The translations under genes were made by a program, and so were the position numbers. The notes below the pieces were generated by a model. That model was not told the DNA's origin. It ran no database searches and saw only the letters and a program-made list of their open reading frames with translations. Of a DNA stretch of 64,000 nt, positions 58,789-64,000 are shown piece by piece. How positions within the stretch are numbered: the stretch's first letter is position 1; each line of letters starts with the position of its first letter. Source of the DNA: a candidate division WOR-1 bacterium RIFOXYB2_FULL_46_45 (GTDB lineage: Bacteria; Margulisbacteria; WOR-1; XYC2-FULL-46-14); NCBI GenBank assembly GCA_001771585.1, contig MEUE01000001.1, positions 21,062 through 85,061 on the forward strand, given 5' to 3'.

Positions 58789-60321
58789 CTACACCACCCT
58801 CATCTCCAATATCCGATCCACCCGAAAGACCCGCTCTTCCTGCCGATGATGGCAAAAAGCCCTGATGCCCAAAAAGGGCTTCTCGTTGTAGTACATCTCC
58901 CCCACTTCGAGCGGCTCAATCACCCGCTTTGACTTAACATCCTGCGCCTTGAGATATAAAACCTCAATCCGGTTTTTTTCTTCAATCGCCTTGGTGATTA
59001 TCGCGACTTTATCGTCCAACGAACACAGCTTCTCCGACAATCCGTATTGATACCCGGTCACAAACTTGACCACCCGCCAGTCCATGAAAATATGCCCTTT
59101 TTTGATCGGCTTCTTCAAGACCATCCCTTCCAGACTGCGGCAGCGGCTTAAGGCGACATACATTTGGCCGTGGGCAAAGGTCCCGTTCCCGATATCAATC
59201 ACCACCCGGTCAAAGGTCTTCCCCTGGCTCTTGTGGATAGTGATCGCCCAGGCCAGCTTGAGCGGAAACTGGGTAAAAGAGGCGGTTACCTCCGATTCAA
59301 TCCTCCGGTTTCTAGTATTGTAGCTGAAATGAAAAATTTCCCAGGTGTAAGGGTTAACCTCATGCGTCTCGCCGCTTTGCAATTGGATAACAAGTTCGTC
59401 CTTCTTGATGTCCTTAATTTTAGCCATGGTGCCATTGACCCAGCGGCCAAACTGATCGTTGTTTAGCATCATCACCTGCGCCCCTTTTTTCAGTTTCAGC
59501 TCAATTTCGGTCGGCAATTGATTCCTGTCAAACTGACCCTCCATCTCCCCTTCAAAAACCCGCTCTTTTCCGGGGAGCTGTTCCAGTTTTATTTCATTCA
59601 TCTCTTTTGCCATCCGGTTGGTGGTAGTCAAAAGGATCGAATAATCACCCTTTGGTTCGTAATCCACATCAACTCTTCTGTTAAGTTCCAGCAATTCGTT
59701 TTCTCCGGCGGTGTTGTTGCGGATCGAATTGAGCAGGGCAATAAACTTTTCGTCCCTCTGGCGGTAGACCTTTTCCAGCTCAAGATATTCCATCGTCAAT
59801 TGACCAAAAACTTTTGCGGAAAAAAAATATTCGCTGTCATAATGATTCTTAAAAATATGCTTCTCTTCCCCGGCTACCACCGGCGGCAGTTGATAGAGAT
59901 CGCCAAAAAAGATCATCTGCAGGCCGCCGAACGGCTTTTTCCGGTTCGGACCGTTTAAGCGCAGGAATTTATCAACGCAGTCAAGCAGGTCCGCCCGAAC
60001 CATCGAAATCTCGTCAATCACAATGGCATCAAGCTGTTTATAAATATTCGGCTTTCCGTCTCTAAACTTAATTTCCCTTATTTTTGAGAGCGTTATATCC
60101 GGCTTAAAATGAAAGAAAGAGTGGATCGTTTCTCCTCCCACATTGATCGCCGCCACTCCGGTCGGAGCCAAAACCACCACCCGCTTTTTGGTTTGATTGC
60201 GAAAATAATCGAGCAGGGTCGATTTTCCGGTCCCGGCCTTGCCGGTTATAAAGACATTCTTGCCGGTGTTTTCGATAAGACAGAGTGATTTTTTAAAGAG
60301 TTCGTTAAGTTCTACCGGCAT
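58789..60321 (-). CDS. PIF1/RecD-like SF1B DNA helicase with a C-terminal WYL-like domain
   Basis: Walker A is ITGKAGTGKST. Further motifs are VLAPTGVAAINVGGETIHSFF and DAIVIDEISMV. The C-terminus RVIEPLEVGEMYYNEKPFLGIRAFCHHRQEERVFRVDRI is WYL-like. It is the first gene of the leftward island. Confidence 0.8.
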   Translation of the reverse strand: MPVELNELFKKSLCLIENTGKNVFITGKAGTGKSTLLDYFRNQTKKRVVVLAPTGVAAINVGGETIHSFFHFKPDITLSKIREIKFRDGKPNIYKQLDAIVIDEISMVRADLLDCVDKFLRLNGPNRKKPFGGLQMIFFGDLYQLPPVVAGEEKHIFKNHYDSEYFFSAKVFGQLTMEYLELEKVYRQRDEKFIALLNSIRNNTAGENELLELNRRVDVDYEPKGDYSILLTTTNRMAKEMNEIKLEQLPGKERVFEGEMEGQFDRNQLPTEIELKLKKGAQVMMLNNDQFGRWVNGTMAKIKDIKKDELVIQLQSGETHEVNPYTWEIFHFSYNTRNRRIESEVTASFTQFPLKLAWAITIHKSQGKTFDRVVIDIGNGTFAHGQMYVALSRCRSLEGMVLKKPIKKGHIFMDWRVVKFVTGYQYGLSEKLCSLDDKVAIITKAIEEKNRIEVLYLKAQDVKSKRVIEPLEVGEMYYNEKPFLGIRAFCHHRQEERVFRVDRILEMRVV

Positions 60322-60674
60322 TATTCCATCACCACAAAGGCGATCGCGGTATTTCTTTCGTGGGATAAGCTGACGTGGATTTTGGGCTTCTTTTTTCCGT
60401 TGATATAAATATGCGGCTTGCCGGCTTTATCGTTAACAATTTCTATATGCTTCCAGCTCAAAGTCGCGGTAATTCCGGTCCCGTTCGCCTTGGCATAGGC
60501 CTCTTTGGCGGCAAAACGGACCGCCAATTCAGGAAAGCGGATCGCCTTGTGCGCCTGGCAGTAGCTTAATTCTTTTTGGGTGAAAACCCGCTTTAAAAAA
60601 CGATCGCCGTATCTTGAAACCGCCTCTTTTATGCGGGAAATTTCAACAATGTCAACGCCGATCCCTTTTATCAT
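60321..60674 (-). CDS. acpS: Holo-[acyl-carrier-protein] synthase
   Basis: MIKGIGVDIVEISRI...ERFLKRVFTQKE is the ACPS family. The protein is 117 aa. Confidence 0.9.
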   Translation of the reverse strand: MIKGIGVDIVEISRIKEAVSRYGDRFLKRVFTQKELSYCQAHKAIRFPELAVRFAAKEAYAKANGTGITATLSWKHIEIVNDKAGKPHIYINGKKKPKIHVSLSHERNTAIAFVVME

Positions 60675-61585
60675 TACTCAACCGGGGTCAGCCAGGATTT
60701 GTATTTGGGGTTTTCGCCTTTGACCGCTTTGAAGTATATCTCTTGCAGCTTTTTGGTGATCGGGCCGACTTTCCCTGCGCCAATCTTCTTTTTCTCAACT
60801 TGGGTAATCGGTGAAATTTGGACGCCGGTACCGCAAAAGAAGAGCTCATCCGCTTTGTACAAAGCGGCCGGCTTAAAGGATTTCTCAACGCATTTTATTT
60901 TTAACTCTTTTCTGGCTAGCTCCATGACCGCCAAACGGGTAATCCCGGGTAAAATATCATCCGACAGCGGCGGAGTTATCAGTTTCCCGTTTTTTACCAT
61001 GAAAATATTTTCCGCGCTCCCCTCCGCCACGTTCCCCCGGTGGGACAAAGTAATCGCCTCAACATACCCCCGGATCAGCGCTTCGGACTTGGCCAGCGAA
61101 GAATTAAAATAGGTCCCGGTCAATTTTGCTCCCGAGGGCATCGATTTTGAACTGATGCGGTGGTATTTTGAGATGCAAACCTTTATCCCTTCCGAGATAT
61201 CAAGATAATTGCCAAAAGGAGCCAGATAGATGGCAATATCATCCTCAACCCCGTATAAGCCCAAGCCGATTTTTTCTTCAGATTTATAGGCGATCGGACG
61301 GATATAAACATCCTCCCTGTAGCCATTCTTTTTGACCAGTTCAACGGTGATTTTGACAAGATCATCCAGGGTTGGATCTATTTTAGTGTGGATCGCTTTG
61401 CATGAACTCAACAAGCGCCGATAGTGCTCTTTTAATTTTAAGATGTAGGACTTCTGCTGTTCCTCGTTCCAATAGGCCCGAATCCCCTCAAAACAGCCGG
61501 TCCCGTAATTGAGCGCGTGGGTCATGATGCTCAAAGTGGCTTCTTCGAACGGGACAATTTTTCCTTTAAAGTAGGCGTATTTCAC
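60674..61585 (-). CDS. ilvE: Branched-chain amino acid aminotransferase (class IV)
   Basis: YGTGCFEGIRAY is present, with EHYRRLLSSCKAI and a catalytic Lys region. The protein is 303 aa. Confidence 0.85.
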   Translation of the reverse strand: MKYAYFKGKIVPFEEATLSIMTHALNYGTGCFEGIRAYWNEEQQKSYILKLKEHYRRLLSSCKAIHTKIDPTLDDLVKITVELVKKNGYREDVYIRPIAYKSEEKIGLGLYGVEDDIAIYLAPFGNYLDISEGIKVCISKYHRISSKSMPSGAKLTGTYFNSSLAKSEALIRGYVEAITLSHRGNVAEGSAENIFMVKNGKLITPPLSDDILPGITRLAVMELARKELKIKCVEKSFKPAALYKADELFFCGTGVQISPITQVEKKKIGAGKVGPITKKLQEIYFKAVKGENPKYKSWLTPVE

Positions 61586-63075
61586 ATCTGCTCCGGTGCT
61601 TCTATTTTTAATAATTTTAGCACGTTTTCAATTACAATTCGAGTCGCTTCAACCAGAACCAGCCGCGCCGGATTATCAAGCACCCGGCACTGGTGGTAGA
61701 AATTGTGGAAGATTGCCGCGACATCTTTAACATAATTTATCAGCTGATGCGGCTCGCGCTTACGGCAGGCGGCCAGGATTTCGTCCTCAAAGTCCAGCAG
61801 TTTTCTCATCAATGCCCGCTCCGCTTCGTGAGTTAAGGTGTCTAGCTTTGCACTTTGCACTTTGCACTTTGACTTTCTTAAGATGCTGCAAATTCTGGCA
61901 TGAGCATACTGTACGTAATAAACAGGATTTTCCTGTTTTTTCTCTTTGGCCAGCTCCAGGTCAAAATCCAAATGGTTGTTGACCGAAGTTGAGGTCATAA
62001 AAAACCGGACCGCGTCGGATCCGATTTCGGAAATTATCTCGTCCAAGGTCACCATCTCTCCGGTCCGCTTGCTCATCTTAACCTGCTCTTTTCCGCGGTA
62101 AAGAGTAACCAGTTGCCCGATGATCACCTCAAACCGGTCAATCGGCAAACCAACTGCCGCAAGGGCCGCTTTGACGCGCGGGACATAGCCGTGATGATCG
62201 GCCCCCCAAATATCGATTATAATATCGTAGCCGCGTTTAAACTTGTTGATATGATATGCGATATCGGCGGCAAAATAGGTCAGCTCCCCGTTTTCTTTTA
62301 CCAGGACCCGGTTCTTGTCGTCCCCAAAGGCCTCGGATTTAAACCAAAGCGCCCCACCCTCCCTGATCGTGTGCCCCTCCGAACTTAAACGGGAGATGGC
62401 GTCTTCAACCAGTCCCTCATCATGCAAGGTCTTTTCACTAAAATAGGAATCAAAAATAACTTTTAATTTCGCAAGGGTCTCTTTTTGTTTGGAAAGAATA
62501 TAAGGCAAAAGCTGTTTGTGATCCTTCAAATCATCGGCAATCTCTTTTATATAAGAACCCCCGTATCCGCCCTCCGGAACAGGAGAACCGTTTGCGGCCG
62601 CCTTGACCGATTTTTCGAGCAGTTTAATCTGGTTTCCCCGGTCGTTTACGTAATATTCGCGGTCAACTTTATAACCGCAGGCCTCAAATAAACTGGCAAT
62701 ATCGTCCCCGATCACCGCCCAGCGGCCGTGGCCGACATGCAAAGGCCCGGTCGGATTGGCGGAGACAAATTCGATCAAGACCTTTTTGCCTTTACCGGTT
62801 TTATTCCTGCCGTATTTTTGTTTCTCTTTAAGGATCGTCTTAAGATTGTTTTGAAGAAATTCAAAGCTGATCTTAAAATTAATAAACCCGTTTTTGAAGG
62901 CGGAAATTTCCGAAAAGATTTTTTGCGGCTTCTTTTTTATTTCCGCGACGATCTTTTCGGCAATTTCAAAGGGGGGCTGCCTTAACGATTTCGCCAAAAG
63001 CAGAGCGGCATTGGTCGAAAAATCGCCGTATTCGGCGTTTTTGGGGACCTCAACCGTCACTTCGGGAAGATTCAC
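61582..63075 (-). CDS. argS: Arginine--tRNA ligase (the N-terminus probably extends further)
   Basis: GDFSTNAALLLAK is the ArgRS N-domain, the HIGH motif is PTGPLHVGHGR and the DALR domain is C-terminal. The track start is GTG. The in-frame sequence continues upstream to a CTG at 63135 preceded by a perfect AAGGAG. Confidence 0.85.
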   Translation of the reverse strand: MNLPEVTVEVPKNAEYGDFSTNAALLLAKSLRQPPFEIAEKIVAEIKKKPQKIFSEISAFKNGFINFKISFEFLQNNLKTILKEKQKYGRNKTGKGKKVLIEFVSANPTGPLHVGHGRWAVIGDDIASLFEACGYKVDREYYVNDRGNQIKLLEKSVKAAANGSPVPEGGYGGSYIKEIADDLKDHKQLLPYILSKQKETLAKLKVIFDSYFSEKTLHDEGLVEDAISRLSSEGHTIREGGALWFKSEAFGDDKNRVLVKENGELTYFAADIAYHINKFKRGYDIIIDIWGADHHGYVPRVKAALAAVGLPIDRFEVIIGQLVTLYRGKEQVKMSKRTGEMVTLDEIISEIGSDAVRFFMTSTSVNNHLDFDLELAKEKKQENPVYYVQYAHARICSILRKSKCKVQSAKLDTLTHEAERALMRKLLDFEDEILAACRKREPHQLINYVKDVAAIFHNFYHQCRVLDNPARLVLVEATRIVIENVLKLLKIEAPEQM

Positions 63076-63137
63076 TCCCTGCGGCAGGAAACCCGCGAGA
63101 GTTGAAGTTATGATATCAGATATTTGCCGCTTCAGTG

Positions 63138-63308
63138 TTACTCCTTCTTTTCAAAGCTCCCCTTTATCTCTTCGAACTTTTCTTTTCCTTTTTTTATCGC
63201 TTCGTTCAGCTTTTCACGGTTCTTTTCTCCCTTGTCGGGCGAGAAAAGAACCCCCAGTATCCCTCCGATCACTCCTCCGGTCATCAGCGTCTTTAACCAT
63301 TTTCCCAT
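63138..63308 (-). CDS. Small YtxH-like membrane protein (56 aa, below the ORF-track cutoff)
   Basis: The minus-strand translation is MGKWLKTLMTGGVIGGILGVLFSPDKGEKNREKLNEAIKKGKEKFEEIKGSFEKKE. Its stop overlaps the SD of argS. Confidence 0.5.
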   Translation of the reverse strand: MGKWLKTLMTGGVIGGILGVLFSPDKGEKNREKLNEAIKKGKEKFEEIKGSFEKKE

Positions 63309-63318
63309 AAGTCACCTC

Positions 63319-63630
63319 CTATTTAAATAAAACCGTCAGCGCCTTTTTTACTCCGGCAAAGAAACCGACGATCACAGCCTGTGAAGGCATGACATCCCGG
63401 ACCAGTTTTTTCTTAAGCTTCGATTTGGCCGCATCGATCCCGCCGATTAAAGTTGATGCGATATCCAAAACCGAAGTCAAAGCGTTTAATTTTCGCCTGG
63501 CATCGGCAACCATCTGGTTGGCGGTCTTCAAGCTCTGGCTGACTTCACGCAGGATAAAGATAAAATAAACAACCGCAACAGTCAGCGCGATTACCAGAAT
63601 CGAAAGGCAGATTAAAAGGATTTGGTTCAT
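63319..63630 (-). CDS. DUF948-like small membrane / coiled-coil protein
   Basis: An N-terminal TM (LLICLSILVIALTVAVVYFIFIL) is followed by a coiled-coil. It overlaps the upstream YtxH gene by 4 nt. Confidence 0.55.
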   Translation of the reverse strand: MNQILLICLSILVIALTVAVVYFIFILREVSQSLKTANQMVADARRKLNALTSVLDIASTLIGGIDAAKSKLKKKLVRDVMPSQAVIVGFFAGVKKALTVLFK

Positions 63631-63869
63631 AGGTTTTCCTCCTCTTGCGCCTTGCGGGCCGCTTCTTTTGCCTCTTCTATTCCCGCTTCAATAGCGTTTG
63701 AAAACTTTTCGATCCCTTTTTCCAGGTCAAATTCTTTGAGCTTTTCTTTTAACTTTTCGCGCATCGCCTCTCCCGCCAACGGGGTAAACATCGCCCCCAG
63801 CGCCGCTCCCAGCACCCCGCCGATCATGAGGCCGTTTAAAAACTGGTTGCCATCTTCATTTTCTGACAT
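63627..63869 (-). CDS. YtxH-domain protein
   Basis: MSENEDGNQFLNGLMIGGVLGAALGAMFTPLAGEAMREKLKEKL is the YtxH family. An SD AAGGAGGAG lies upstream. Confidence 0.65.
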   Translation of the reverse strand: MSENEDGNQFLNGLMIGGVLGAALGAMFTPLAGEAMREKLKEKLKEFDLEKGIEKFSNAIEAGIEEAKEAARKAQEEENL

Positions 63870-64000
63870 CTTATCTCCTCCTTGCCGCAGGGTAAGAGCC
63901 GAGGTTTTTAAAAAACCCGGCTTTTCGCTTGATATTTTTTAGGGCGTGGGCAACCGGAGGCTCTTCCCGATGCCCCTCCATATCGATAAAAAAGTAGTAG

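Noticed and set aside
63890-64000. GC hairpin plus T-run (gagccgagg ttttt aaaaaa cccggc ttttcg) and a minus-strand open frame running off the window end
   Set aside because: The hairpin is oriented as a plus-strand terminator, but no plus-strand gene precedes it. The minus-strand frame has no start within the window. This is insufficient to call either a terminator or a partial CDS with confidence.

Overview
This is a 64-kb bacterial chromosomal window of moderate GC. Gene order is Firmicutes/Terrabacteria-like: nusA-infB-rbfA-DHH-truB-ligA, and comFC-hpf-secA-prfB as in Bacillus. Most of the window is housekeeping. It carries an IDH-like C-terminal fragment, mdh, CIRCE-regulated groES-groEL and a divergent PtsI-like PEP-utilizing enzyme. 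A large glycolytic supercluster holds pgi, pgm, a YvcK-like gene, pfkA, a PPi-type pfp, fba, tpiA and gpmI. Further along are purC, ispG, purB, purS, purQ, a secreted M16 peptidase pair and an Mla/MCE ABC transporter. A locus for pyruvylation of secondary cell-wall polymer is present (membrane protein-csaB-marC-tagA). The 3' end carries acpS, ilvE and argS plus three small YtxH/DUF948-like membrane proteins. Three lower-GC accessory segments stand out. (1) Nt 19908-22306 is a two-gene insertion between the two PFK genes, encoding a DUF89/ARMT1-like protein and a radical-SAM/SPASM enzyme. (2) Nt 25646-28246 is an uncharacterised three-gene cassette: a PPP-like metallophosphatase with an unknown N-domain, an unknown 198-aa protein, and a small transglutaminase-like Cys-His-Asp protease. 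(3) Nt 50042-60321 is a Type I restriction-modification island read on the minus strand as PIF1-WYL helicase, rhuM, hsdM, a degraded rhuM fragment, hsdS, an embedded AAA_21 ATPase with a TOPRIM-like C-terminus (RloA/RloB-, OLD- or PARIS-like), then hsdR. A small ParE-family toxin/antitoxin pair sits between purC and ispG. The ligA/pgi convergent intergenic region holds a ~210-bp imperfect inverted repeat of YAGGCR hexamers plus a perfect 16-bp palindrome. No rRNA, tRNA or CRISPR array was found.
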